DNA of 64,000 nt from Candidatus Multivoradales bacterium (GTDB taxonomy: Bacteria > Acidobacteriota > Thermoanaerobaculia > Multivoradales > Multivoraceae), in assembly GCA_965223325.1 (NCBI GenBank), contig CBDCWI010000001.1, forward strand, positions 1,408,001-1,472,000, written 5' to 3'. Under the pieces are notes generated by a model. That model searched no databases and had not been told where the DNA came from. It saw only the letters and a list, made by a program, of their open reading frames with translations. This document shows, piece after piece, positions 47,920 to 57,485 of this stretch (the stretch's first letter is position 1; each line of letters starts with the position of its first letter). The translations under genes were made by a program, and so were the position numbers.

Positions 47920-49626
47920 GTGCAAACGACCCTTCTGCCCCTCCCCGATCTGCTCTTCTTCGAGCCTCGCCTGACTGTCGACCGGGCGGCGCTCGAAGAG
48001 GTCCTCGGCATGGCCGCCCTCGGACGTAACCTGGGAACGGAGCTCTTCGACCAGGTCTCGGCAGCCGAGATGCCTGCCGAGACCTGGTCGCCAGAGTTCT
48101 TCGCCGGCGATCTCTTTCTCGAACAGCTGGTTCGCGACGTCTTGACGCTCGAGATCAGCGGGCGCAGTTTCCCGGCCAACCGCGGCTTCCTCGCCAAGGC
48201 GCTCGGCCACGCGCCGATCGACCGCCAGAGCATTGAAATGCGCCAGGGCATCCTGCGCGAGCTCGACGACGACCCCGAATGCGCCAAGCAGCTAGAACTG
48301 CTCTACATCGCGATCTTCGACCTGGTCTCGCTACACCGCACCCCGAGCTACCAGACATCGGTAGATGTCGCAGCCTTCCACCTCGACATCCTGCGTCAGA
48401 TGCGCCACGTCATCGACTCGATGGAAGGCGCTTGGCGAGGTGCCCACTCAGCTCTCAGACGGCTACACGAAACAGCCGTGGCGATCCAGAAGACCGAGGA
48501 GTATCAAACCCTGACTGCCCTGCTCGAGTACGAGAACGGCCTTGCGCGCCTCGATCTCGAAGTCTCGGTGGGCGGCGACGGCCGGATCCGCAACTTCGGG
48601 GTCCGAGCTCTCGAAGAGAACCGGGCCAACCGCTTTTATCGCCGTCCGCTCGGCCGCCTTCTCGACCGCGTGCGTCTCTTGATGCGCGGCTATCCGATGA
48701 GCAACCGGGAGCTGATGAACCGGCTGGTCAATGACGTCTACCGGCGGCTCGCCCCGCATTTCGTTCCGCTCGTTCAGCTCAGCGGCCACCTCGAGTTCTA
48801 CCTCACTGCACGCGCTTTTCGAGATCGCGCCTTTTCGCGCGGCCTGGCGATGACGCTACCGACGCTGCTCGACGAACAGGACGAAACGACAGCGCTCGAG
48901 TTCGAGGGACTCTTCAACCCTCTTCTGCTCGCGGGCGGCGGTCAGCCGGTCGCCTGCCAGCTGGCGTTTGATCATCGTTATCCGATCACCATCATCACCG
49001 GCCCCAACTCCGGCGGCAAGACGCGCCTGCTGCAGGCGATTGGTCTCGCCCAACTGCTCGGCCAGTCGGGAGTGTACGCACCGCTGGCAAACGGCAGCAT
49101 TCGAATTCTCGATGGCCTTTTCGTCTCCCTGGTCGAGGACGAGTCTGCCGACCAGATCGAGGGGCGTTTGGGTCGCGAACTGGTGCGCGTGCGCTCGCTG
49201 TTCGAAGAGATGTCACCGAACTCAATGGTGATTCTCGACGAGCTCTGTTCGGGGACGAACCCATCGGAGGGCATCGAGGTTTTCGAAATGGTGCTGCGTC
49301 TGCTGCGAGAGATCGAACCCACGGCCTTTGTCACCACCCATTTCCTCGACTTCGCCCGCCAACTTCAGGAAGGCCACACCTTCGACGCCCTCGAGTTTCG
49401 CCAGGTGGAGATCGACGAACACCAACGCTCGACGTACCAGTTCGTCGATGGGGTCGCCGAAACGTCGCTGGCTTCGGTGACCGCCCAACGACTCGGTGTC
49501 ACCTTCGACCGCCTGTCGGACATCATCCACACGCGTCGACGAGCGCAGCGGTTGGCGACGGCACCGATGACGCGCCAGAAGCAGCAGGTCGTCGCGCCCA
49601 CGAAGGGCTCTCGCAAAGACGCTTGA
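47920..49626 (+). CDS. MutS-related ATPase (domain V only, no mismatch-recognition domain)
   Basis: ITGPNSGGKT, LAQLLGQSG, EGRLGREL, ILDELCSGT, VTTHF, A..LG. Confidence 0.85.
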   Translation: MQTTLLPLPDLLFFEPRLTVDRAALEEVLGMAALGRNLGTELFDQVSAAEMPAETWSPEFFAGDLFLEQLVRDVLTLEISGRSFPANRGFLAKALGHAPIDRQSIEMRQGILRELDDDPECAKQLELLYIAIFDLVSLHRTPSYQTSVDVAAFHLDILRQMRHVIDSMEGAWRGAHSALRRLHETAVAIQKTEEYQTLTALLEYENGLARLDLEVSVGGDGRIRNFGVRALEENRANRFYRRPLGRLLDRVRLLMRGYPMSNRELMNRLVNDVYRRLAPHFVPLVQLSGHLEFYLTARAFRDRAFSRGLAMTLPTLLDEQDETTALEFEGLFNPLLLAGGGQPVACQLAFDHRYPITIITGPNSGGKTRLLQAIGLAQLLGQSGVYAPLANGSIRILDGLFVSLVEDESADQIEGRLGRELVRVRSLFEEMSPNSMVILDELCSGTNPSEGIEVFEMVLRLLREIEPTAFVTTHFLDFARQLQEGHTFDALEFRQVEIDEHQRSTYQFVDGVAETSLASVTAQRLGVTFDRLSDIIHTRRRAQRLATAPMTRQKQQVVAPTKGSRKDA

Positions 49627-49754
49627 GAAGCGGCTGACGCGAGCTCTAAGCAGATCTTGCCCTCGCCGTCGGCGGGCTCCCCTGACGGCGCCGGCTCGGC
49701 TATTCTGCCGCTGTTCAGAACTGCTAACTCCCGTTCGTCCAATACCTTAGACGT

Positions 49755-51650
49755 ATGAACCCGACCGCGCCCACCGGGCGAAAGGCTCTCTTCATGAAAC
49801 TGTCCCCGCGTGCCTCGATCCTGCCGCTCTTCCTGCTTCTCGTATGCCTCTCGGCTCCGCCGAGCATCGCGCAAGGCCCGGTGACCGATACCACCTGCTG
49901 GGCGGGCTCCGACACTTCGGACACCTTGATCGCCGTCGAACCCGACGGCACCGGCCAAACGGCGCTAGGCATGTTCCTGGAAGGAGCAACGGTACGCAAC
50001 GAAGTCGAAACGATGACCTGGCATGGCGGGGAAGGACAGGTCTACGTCTACCACGCCAATCGCCTCGGCACCGTCGACACGGGCACGGGCAGTTTTACCA
50101 CGGTCGGTGTCACCGTCTCCTGCACGCTGCCTGGCGGTCAGATTCTGGACCTCGACGACGTCGACAGCCTCGGCTGGGACCCGGTCACCGGTGACTTGTG
50201 GGGAGTCGAACGCAACGCGACCGGCGCCGGTCTCGTGGCTGGCGGTGAGGTGCTCTTCCGGCTGACGGGTGCCGTCCCACAACCAGTCTTCGCCGGTGGC
50301 GCGACCTGCGTCGAGGTCGACCTCTCGGGCGTCGGCCAACTCGATGTCGACGACATCGAGTTCGGCCCCAGCGGCACGCTGTACGCAGTCGTCTCCACGT
50401 CGGGTGGTGCCACGGACAACCTGGTCACCATCGATACGGCAACCGGAGCGGTCACCGACATCGGTATCACCGAGCTTTCGGACGGAACCGACGTCAACGA
50501 CTTCGAAGGGCTGACCGTGACCGGAAGCGGCGGCCTGCTGGCGTCGACCGGGCAGGACGGCACGGTCATCAACCGCCTCTACAGCATCGACGAGGCCACT
50601 GGCGTGGTCGCAGAGATCGCACCGCTCCTCAACACCGATGGAATGAATGCGCTGTCCGACTACGAGGGGCTGGCCTGTGCCAGTACCGAGATCGACGTGC
50701 AGAAGACGGTCTATGCCGGTCACGACACCGGCGCCAGCTGCCCCGGCGGTGAAAACGCCGCAACCGCACTCGGCGCCGACGTCACCTACTGCTTCGTGGT
50801 GACCAACAACGGGCGCGTGCCGCTCGACAACGTCACGGTGACCGATGCCGCTCTGGGGGCGAACCTCTCGGTCGCGGCGGCTGACCTGCCGATGCTTCCA
50901 GGCGAGAGTGTCACCCTCTTCTTCGAGACCACCAACGGCGGCGACCTGGTCAATACCGCTCAGGCAACTGGCGAGCCGAGCACTTCGACCGGCACCGCAA
51001 TCGCGGTGCTCAGTGACCCCAGCGACAGCGATACGGCTTCGGTTTCGGTCGCCGGCGCGCCGCCCGACCCCGTCATCGGGCTCGCCAAGCGGGTGACCTC
51101 GCTGGTCGACAACGGCGGTGGCAACTTCTCGGTCTTCTTCACTCTCGTGGTCGAGAACCTCGGCAACGAAGACCTGATCGACGTTCGCGTCACCGACAAC
51201 CTGAGCACCCCGCCGAACAACTTCCCCGCCGGCACCACCGGCCAGGTGGTGGCAACCACCGGCGGCCTGACCGCCAATCCAGGCTACAACGGCCAGGCCG
51301 ACGATGAACTGCTGGCCGGCACCGACACGCTGGCGGTCGGCGCCAGCGGCACCATCGACCTGGTGGTGGACTTCGTCGACGACGGCACCGGTCCCTACTT
51401 CAACCAGGCGATCGCCGATGGTGAAGGCGATATCAGCGGGCTGCCGACGAGTGACCCCTCAGACGACGGCATCAACCCAGACACCGATGGCGACGGCATA
51501 CCCGACGAACCCGGCGAAGACGACCCGACGGTTGTCGATCCACCGGGAGACGACCCCTACGCGGTGCCGACCCTCGGTACGCTCGGTCTCCTGGTTCTTC
51601 TCGGCCTGCTGCTGGTGCTGGCGACCGGTCGCATCGGCCGGCTGGGCTGA
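49755..51650 (+). CDS. Secreted surface protein with beta-propeller-like and DUF11-like Ig domains and an IPTL-CTERM sorting signal
   Basis: Signal peptide; VTYCFVVTNNG.VPLDNVTVTD; acidic DxDGDG tail; C-terminal AVPTLGTLGLLVLLGLLLVLATGRIGR. Confidence 0.8.
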   Translation: MNPTAPTGRKALFMKLSPRASILPLFLLLVCLSAPPSIAQGPVTDTTCWAGSDTSDTLIAVEPDGTGQTALGMFLEGATVRNEVETMTWHGGEGQVYVYHANRLGTVDTGTGSFTTVGVTVSCTLPGGQILDLDDVDSLGWDPVTGDLWGVERNATGAGLVAGGEVLFRLTGAVPQPVFAGGATCVEVDLSGVGQLDVDDIEFGPSGTLYAVVSTSGGATDNLVTIDTATGAVTDIGITELSDGTDVNDFEGLTVTGSGGLLASTGQDGTVINRLYSIDEATGVVAEIAPLLNTDGMNALSDYEGLACASTEIDVQKTVYAGHDTGASCPGGENAATALGADVTYCFVVTNNGRVPLDNVTVTDAALGANLSVAAADLPMLPGESVTLFFETTNGGDLVNTAQATGEPSTSTGTAIAVLSDPSDSDTASVSVAGAPPDPVIGLAKRVTSLVDNGGGNFSVFFTLVVENLGNEDLIDVRVTDNLSTPPNNFPAGTTGQVVATTGGLTANPGYNGQADDELLAGTDTLAVGASGTIDLVVDFVDDGTGPYFNQAIADGEGDISGLPTSDPSDDGINPDTDGDGIPDEPGEDDPTVVDPPGDDPYAVPTLGTLGLLVLLGLLLVLATGRIGRLG

Positions 51651-51689
51651 CGTTCGATGAACTCACGCTTCGTGTAGCCTGACTCACCT

Positions 51690-52862
51690 ATGAAAACGCC
51701 CCCTTTCGAAAGAGCCCACGTCCTTGCCCTGGCGTGTACAGCCATGGTCACGCTGGGAGGCACGGCCGCGGAGTCCGAAACCCGCACCGCGCTCTATCTC
51801 GATCGCACCGTCAGCCTCGCAGAGACCCTGCCCGACCCCACTGACCTCTGGGTTCGCCCGGCAGATCTGACGCGCGTCAACGGCTTCGAACTCAAGCCCG
51901 AAGGCGCCTGCCTCGACGACCTGTGCATTCCGCTCGAGCAGGGGCCCGAGAGCTCACGTGACGACGACATCGTTCTGCAGAAAGGCGACGACGTTTGGTT
52001 CAGCCTGACCGGTTTTGCCGAGCGCGTCGGCCAGGCCTGGGTCAGCGACGCCGAGGACGGTGTGTGGAGCTTCGGAACCATTCCGGTCGCACGGTCTTCT
52101 TTTCATGAGCAGGCGCTGGCTCCCGACTTCGCTCTCGAGGATCGCAACGGGGAGATTGTCCGACTCTCCGACTTCCGTGGCAAGAAGGTTTTGATCGTCA
52201 CCTGGGCGTCCTGGTGAGGATGTTCCAGGGACCTGCCAGGTTGGCAGGCTACGTACCAGGAACTGCGTGACCAGAACTTCGAGCTCATCGCCGTCGCCCA
52301 GGACACCGGCGGGCTCCCCGCCGCCGGACCCTTCTATGAAACCGCTGCAGCCACCTATGCCGCTCTGATCGACCCTCGCCACACGGTGAGCGCACTTTAC
52401 GACCTCGTCAACGTGCCGACCGGCATCATGATCGACGAGGAGGGGCGCATCGTGCGCATCGACGAAGGCACCTACACCAAGAAGTACAAGGCCGGAGCAC
52501 TCGAGTTCGGCACCGACGAGTACCTGCCGCTGCTGCGCGATTGGGTGGCGAACGGCGCCGAAAGCGCCGTCGCCCGGTCAGCGTCCGAGGCGCGCCGCAA
52601 CATCGAGCGCCCAGACGACAAGCAAAACAGGGCACAGGCAGCTTTCAGGCTCGGCGTCTACTTTCACGAGCAAGCCGACGCCGAACGCGCCGACCGCTAC
52701 TGGCAGATGGCGCAAGAACTCCACCCCGAAAGCTGGAACTACCATCGCCAGGACTGGTCCTTCACTCCTGAAGAGGCCGGCGCCAACTGGCTCCGGAAGT
52801 TCCAGGAGCTCGACGGCAAGCCCTACTACCGGCCCATGGACCTGCCGGAAGAGCTGCCGTAA
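51690..52862 (+). CDS. Selenoprotein: exported AhpC/TSA (Prx/TlpA-like) redoxin with UGC motif, Sec at UGA 52215-52217 (390 aa)
   Basis: ORFs 51690..52217 and 52386..52862 are in one frame separated only by this TGA. Read-through gives VTWASW-U-GCSRDLPGWQATYQEL...IAVAQD...VNVPTGIMIDEEG. A SECIS-like hairpin follows the UGA. Confidence 0.85.
52218..52260 (+). promoter_or_regulatory. Bacterial SECIS-like element
   Basis: CCTGCCA (52232-52238), loop GGT, TGGCAGG (52242-52248). The G-led apical loop starts 21 nt after the UGA. Confidence 0.7.
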
Positions 52863-52949
52863 CCATAGGGCAAGCGGCCAAGCCTGGTTCCGGGCTCAGG
52901 TGGCGGGATCTGAACTGAGTTGCGTTCTCTCTAGCAGGAGAGCAACGCG

Positions 52950-53720
52950 ATGACTGAGACAACCGAAGAACACCCGCAGTCCCCGTCGAGGAACGCCCTT
53001 CGCCAGGGAGTGGACAAGAGCGGCTTTCGCTACTTCGCCGAGGGCGATATCGGCCAGGCGCACGCCATGGCGCACGAACTCCTCGACGACGGGCGAGAGC
53101 TCGACGGCTACGTGCAGCTAGGAGAATGGCTGCGGCTGTTCGAGGCCTCAGGCGCCCCCATCGACCGCGCATCGAGTGAGTGGATTCACTTGCAGTGGCA
53201 CATGGCGGTGTTCGAGATCGCCGCCGGGCAACTCATCGCCGCCTACGAACGCTACCGGCGCGCGATTCTGCCGTTCGTGCCAGCTGGCAAGGCGCTGACC
53301 GACGCACCGTCTCTCTTGTGGCGATTGCACGTGGCACCTGAGGCCGCCGCCACCGGCGAGCCTTGGACCTCTGAATGGCAGTGCGTGTGCGACGCTGCGC
53401 TCGAGCGCATGGACCTCGAATGCAACGCCTACATTGCCGTTCACCATTTGCTCGCCTTCGCCGGCGCACGCGACGTCCGCTCGCTCGACACCTGGCTCGA
53501 CGCCTTCTACGCCAGAGCTCCCTGCTGCCAGAAGAGCCGCTTCCTGCTGCAGATCGGCTGGGGCCTGCGAACGTTCGCCAATCGCGACTATCTGCCCGCG
53601 ACTCGACTCCTCGAGAACCCTTCCCAGGAGGTCGCACAGTTCGGAGGCAGTGCAGCACAGAACGGAATCTTCAAGCAGATTCAGCAACAGGCAGCGTTGT
53701 ACTGCGCCAACGCTGCCTGA
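52950..53720 (+). CDS. TTC38-like protein, C-terminal half only
   Basis: HAMAHE, HLQWHMA, DAPSLLWRL and GGSAAQ resemble TTC38-family motifs; AGGAG RBS. Confidence 0.6.
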   Translation: MTETTEEHPQSPSRNALRQGVDKSGFRYFAEGDIGQAHAMAHELLDDGRELDGYVQLGEWLRLFEASGAPIDRASSEWIHLQWHMAVFEIAAGQLIAAYERYRRAILPFVPAGKALTDAPSLLWRLHVAPEAAATGEPWTSEWQCVCDAALERMDLECNAYIAVHHLLAFAGARDVRSLDTWLDAFYARAPCCQKSRFLLQIGWGLRTFANRDYLPATRLLENPSQEVAQFGGSAAQNGIFKQIQQQAALYCANAA

Positions 53721-53753
53721 CTACCGCCCCGCGCCCCGGATGACTGCCAGGCT

Positions 53754-54716
53754 CTACTTTCTCGCCAGTAACCACCACTTCATGGTCGTACTCACGGTGT
53801 CCGCGGCGTCCTGCTGGACGAAGTGGCCGGCACCGGGCACGGTGACCAGGGTGTAGTCGGCGTTGATCCAGTCCCAGGTGTTGTTGAGACCGTCGGAGTG
53901 CAGGGCCGTGTCGGCGAGGCCGTGGAACTGCAGCACCGGGATCTCGAGTGCGGGCGCGGCGGGCGGAGTCGGCCCATCCGAGCGCGGGTAGTTCACCTTG
54001 TAGTAGGCGAGCATGGCGTCGAAGTCGGAGCGCTTGAACGCCTCGACGTACACCTTCTTGGCATCGGGATCGGTGACCCAACCGGAGAGCGTCATGGCGT
54101 TCATCGGCATGCCGAAGAAGATGTCGGGATCGCTGGCGTTTCCCTCCTGAAATTTGCGCGCGTAGCCGCTGTTCTTCTGCTGCTCTTCATTAGAAGCCAT
54201 TTCACGCCCCATACCGTTGGGATGCGGCAGGTTGAGGATGATCAGGTTCTCGGTCATCTTCGGCATGAAGAAGGCGAACTGCCAGGCAACTGCACCACCC
54301 CAATCGTGCCCAACGATGGTCGCCTTCTCTGCTCCGAGACTCTTGATCACGGCGGCGACGTCACCGATCAAGTTCGGCATCGCGTAGGACGCCTGACCTT
54401 CTGGCGCGTCGCTCTTGTTGTAGCCGCGCTGGTCGATGGCGACGACCTTGAAATCACTCGACAGCTCCTCCATCTGGTGACGCCAGCTGTACCAGAAGTC
54501 CGGGAAGCCGTGAATCATGACCACCAGCGGGCCTTCTCCGAGGGTGGCGTAGTGGATCTTGACGCCATTGTTCTCGGCGAAACCGTGGGTGACGCTCTCG
54601 AGAAAGGCATTGGCGTCGGCCGCTCTCGAGGCGGCGGCCACTGGAGCCGCGGCGGCGACCAACAATCCAAGAACGGCAGTAACGAGGGCGGTCAGATGGC
54701 ACGTGCGACGTTGCAT
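53754..54716 (-). CDS. Secreted alpha/beta hydrolase (epoxide hydrolase-like)
   Basis: [36 protein letters not shown]. Confidence 0.9.
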   Translation of the reverse strand: MQRRTCHLTALVTAVLGLLVAAAAPVAAASRAADANAFLESVTHGFAENNGVKIHYATLGEGPLVVMIHGFPDFWYSWRHQMEELSSDFKVVAIDQRGYNKSDAPEGQASYAMPNLIGDVAAVIKSLGAEKATIVGHDWGGAVAWQFAFFMPKMTENLIILNLPHPNGMGREMASNEEQQKNSGYARKFQEGNASDPDIFFGMPMNAMTLSGWVTDPDAKKVYVEAFKRSDFDAMLAYYKVNYPRSDGPTPPAAPALEIPVLQFHGLADTALHSDGLNNTWDWINADYTLVTVPGAGHFVQQDAADTVSTTMKWWLLARK

Positions 54717-54856
54717 AGGGTCCTCCCGGGCGCTTGCGGGCGCCAACGGTGATCTGTTTGCTGCAGGCTAGGGGTCGGTTGTCATCCTACGATGTCACGG
54801 ACGCCAAGGTTCCTGACGCGCCTCGGATGTCGAGCGGTGCACTAGGCTGATGGGCA

Positions 54857-56779
54857 ATGACCCCTCAGTCTCAGCCGACCGTCATCTTGCGGTCCTCGCC
54901 CTGGCGCCGCGCGCCCGCCTGGTTGCGTTTTCTCGGGCTCGAGAACCAGGTCACCGCGTTCGAGCTCGCCGAAGTCGCTCCCGCCCTCGCGGTGATCTCC
55001 GGCTGGATCGATAGGGGCGTGCCCGTTGCTGGATTCGTCTCGTACGAAGGTGCACCGGCCCTCGACCCAACGATGGTGGCGCACGCGCCGAGACGCGAAC
55101 AACCGATTCTGTGGTTTGGGGCCTTTGACGGGGTGCAGTCGTCAGAGGAGCTGGCCGCAGTCTTGACGCCGCCGGAACGAAGGGCCCTCGAAGGCGCACC
55201 TCCTCGCCGCTACAACGCACGGCCCGCGGTAACCGCCTCGGAGCACCGGGAGGCGACCGAGACCATTCGCCGCGCCATCGCACGAGGCGACGTCTACCAG
55301 GTCAACCTCACCTATCTGTGCAATCTGATCGCCCTGGAGGAGACTGAGCCCGCCACCGGTAGTTCGAGAAACAGGCGAGATCAGCCGGCTCTCGAGCTTT
55401 TTGTCCAGCTACTCGGTCTACAGGACGCTCCCTTCGCCGGCTGCATCACACACCCTGACTTCGAGATCTGTTCGGCATCACCTGAATTGTTTTTCGAGGT
55501 CCAGAAGCAGCGCGTCATCATGCGCCCGATGAAGGGCACGGCCGCCCGCGGTCGCTTCCTCGCCGAAGATCACCAGGCCAGAGAGGAGCTCTTTCAAAGC
55601 GAGAAGGACCGCGCCGAGAACCTGATGATCGTCGACATGGTGCGCAACGACCTCGGCCGCATCGCGAACCCCGGCAGCGTCGAGGTCAACAGCCTCTTTG
55701 ACATCGAGACCTACCGCACCCTCCACCAGATGACCTCGACCGTCTCGGGCCAGTGCAATGCGTCCTTTCCAGAGCTTCTTGCGGCGCTCTTCCCCTGCGC
55801 CTCAGTCACCGGCGCGCCGCGCTTCGCTGCGATGAAGGCCATCAGAGATCTGGAAGCCGGACCGCGCGCGGTCTATACCGGAACCCTCGGCTACTGGCTG
55901 CCGGGCCGCCAGGCGCAATGGAACGTCGCCATCCGAACCGCGACCAGAACCCGCACGGTGAACCAAGCAGGCAAGGGGAGCGTCACCGCCGGCTACTCCT
56001 ACGGTGTCGGCAGCGGCATTGTCTGGGACTCGAGCCCAACCAACGAGTGGGAGGAGTGCCGAACCAAGTCACAGATCACCCGTGGCCGGGAACGATCCTT
56101 CGAGCTCTTCGAGACCATGCTGTGGCGACCCCATCGTGGAGTACGCCTCCTCGAAGAACACTTGGCCCGACTTCGTGAGTCGTGCTGCTACTTTGACTAC
56201 CCCTACGACGAAAGAGAAGTCCTCGACGCCCTCTGGCAACACACCGGGTCGGCCCGCACCGCGCTCCGGCTGCGACTGCTGGTCAGCGAGGCCGGGGTCG
56301 TGAGGCTCGAGAGCACTCCTTTCGAACCCTCTGCCCAACGAACCTGGAGGGTCGCCCTGGCCCGCGGTCCAGTCGACGAAAGCGACCGCCGCCTGTTTCA
56401 CAAAACAACCGACCGCAGACTCTACGAGCACGCGGCGGCCGACTTCCCCGAGGTCTCTGAGGTCCTGCTCTACAACCGCGAGCGCTGCCTGACCGAAGGC
56501 ACGATCAGCAACGTCGCCCTCTTGCTCGATCACCAATGGGTCACCCCGGCCCGCACCAGCGGTCTGCTCGCCGGCACCCTGCGCGCGCGCCTCTTAGAAC
56601 GCGAGCGGCTGATCGAAAGGCCGGTGACTCTCGAGGAAGCGGCAACCGCGACGGACTTCGTCCTCATGAACTCAGTCCGGGGCCTGGTGCGAGTCCGCAA
56701 CCAGGACCAGCTTCGGCACGACCTCGAAGGGGTGGGGGATGAACGGCTTCACGAACTTCGTGATACACTGTTCTCGTGA
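54857..56779 (+). CDS. pabB: Aminodeoxychorismate synthase component I fused to ADC lyase (PabB-PabC)
   Basis: YQVNLT, SPELFF, PMKGT, AENLMIVDMVRNDLG, FPCASVTGAP, NVAIRT; C-terminal class IV aminotransferase-like FETML, HKTT, TEGTISN, GLLAGTLR, NSVRG. Confidence 0.9.
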   Translation: MTPQSQPTVILRSSPWRRAPAWLRFLGLENQVTAFELAEVAPALAVISGWIDRGVPVAGFVSYEGAPALDPTMVAHAPRREQPILWFGAFDGVQSSEELAAVLTPPERRALEGAPPRRYNARPAVTASEHREATETIRRAIARGDVYQVNLTYLCNLIALEETEPATGSSRNRRDQPALELFVQLLGLQDAPFAGCITHPDFEICSASPELFFEVQKQRVIMRPMKGTAARGRFLAEDHQAREELFQSEKDRAENLMIVDMVRNDLGRIANPGSVEVNSLFDIETYRTLHQMTSTVSGQCNASFPELLAALFPCASVTGAPRFAAMKAIRDLEAGPRAVYTGTLGYWLPGRQAQWNVAIRTATRTRTVNQAGKGSVTAGYSYGVGSGIVWDSSPTNEWEECRTKSQITRGRERSFELFETMLWRPHRGVRLLEEHLARLRESCCYFDYPYDEREVLDALWQHTGSARTALRLRLLVSEAGVVRLESTPFEPSAQRTWRVALARGPVDESDRRLFHKTTDRRLYEHAAADFPEVSEVLLYNRERCLTEGTISNVALLLDHQWVTPARTSGLLAGTLRARLLERERLIERPVTLEEAATATDFVLMNSVRGLVRVRNQDQLRHDLEGVGDERLHELRDTLFS

Positions 56780-57009
56780 AAAACGTGACCGTCTCCCTGG
56801 ACGAAGAAACAGCCAGCTGGCTCCGCATCCGGGCAGCCGAGGCCGATACAAGCGTCTCGCGATTCTTGGCCACGCTCCTCCTCGAGAAGCGCCGCGAAGA
56901 AGAGGTCTATCGAATCGCTCGTGACCGAGCACTCTCTGTCGAGCCGATGACCCTCCGGGAAAGCCCCGAGAGCCCCCTGCCCAGCCGGTCTGACCTTTAT
57001 GACCGCTGA
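56776..57009 (+). CDS. RHH/CopG-type antitoxin (VapB-like)
   Basis: MKNVTVSLDEE...SVSRFL, ending RSDLYDR; overlaps the PIN gene. Confidence 0.85.
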   Translation: MKNVTVSLDEETASWLRIRAAEADTSVSRFLATLLLEKRREEEVYRIARDRALSVEPMTLRESPESPLPSRSDLYDR

Positions 57010-57457
57010 GGCGCTTTCGCGGGCGGGCGTGTTTGTCGATACGAACGTCCTGGTCTATCGACATGACGCAACTGAACCCTTGAAACAGGAGCGGGCGGCA
57101 GGCTGGATCGATAGCTTGTGGCAATCGCATGCGGGCAGAATCAGCGTTCAGGTGATGCAGGAGTTCTACTCCACTGTGACGCGAAAGCTAAAGCCTGGTC
57201 TGGAGCGCGACGTCGCGCGGCAGCTGCTCGAGCCCTACGAGGCGTGGGAACCTGTGCCGATGAGCCCAGCGTTGTTGCGGTTGGCCTGGAACCTGGAAGA
57301 CTCCTACTCCCTCTCATGGTGGGACTCCCTGATCGTTGCGGCAGCCCATCGTTCGAGGAGCCGGTTCCTACTCAGCGAAGACCTGTCTCACGATGCAGAG
57401 ATTGGCTCCGTTCGGATCCTCAGTCCGTTTGCGGCTTCGCCCTCCGATCTGTACTGA
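56999..57457 (+). CDS. PIN-domain toxin (VapC-like)
   Basis: FVDTNVLVY, QVMQEF, SWWDSLIVAAA, LSEDL, SPF. Confidence 0.9.
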   Translation: MTAEALSRAGVFVDTNVLVYRHDATEPLKQERAAGWIDSLWQSHAGRISVQVMQEFYSTVTRKLKPGLERDVARQLLEPYEAWEPVPMSPALLRLAWNLEDSYSLSWWDSLIVAAAHRSRSRFLLSEDLSHDAEIGSVRILSPFAASPSDLY

Positions 57458-57485
57458 ACCTCGAAGGCTTCGGGGGCTGCCGCCG

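Noticed and set aside
51690-52217. Two separate genes or a nonsense pseudogene at 51690..52217 and 52386..52862
   Set aside because: The stop is a TGA at the catalytic Cys position with a SECIS-like hairpin and an intact downstream frame. Sec read-through explains it better.
57459-57475. Small hairpin between convergent vapC and typA
   Set aside because: The stem is short with a G-U pair and there is no U-tract. Too weak to call a terminator.
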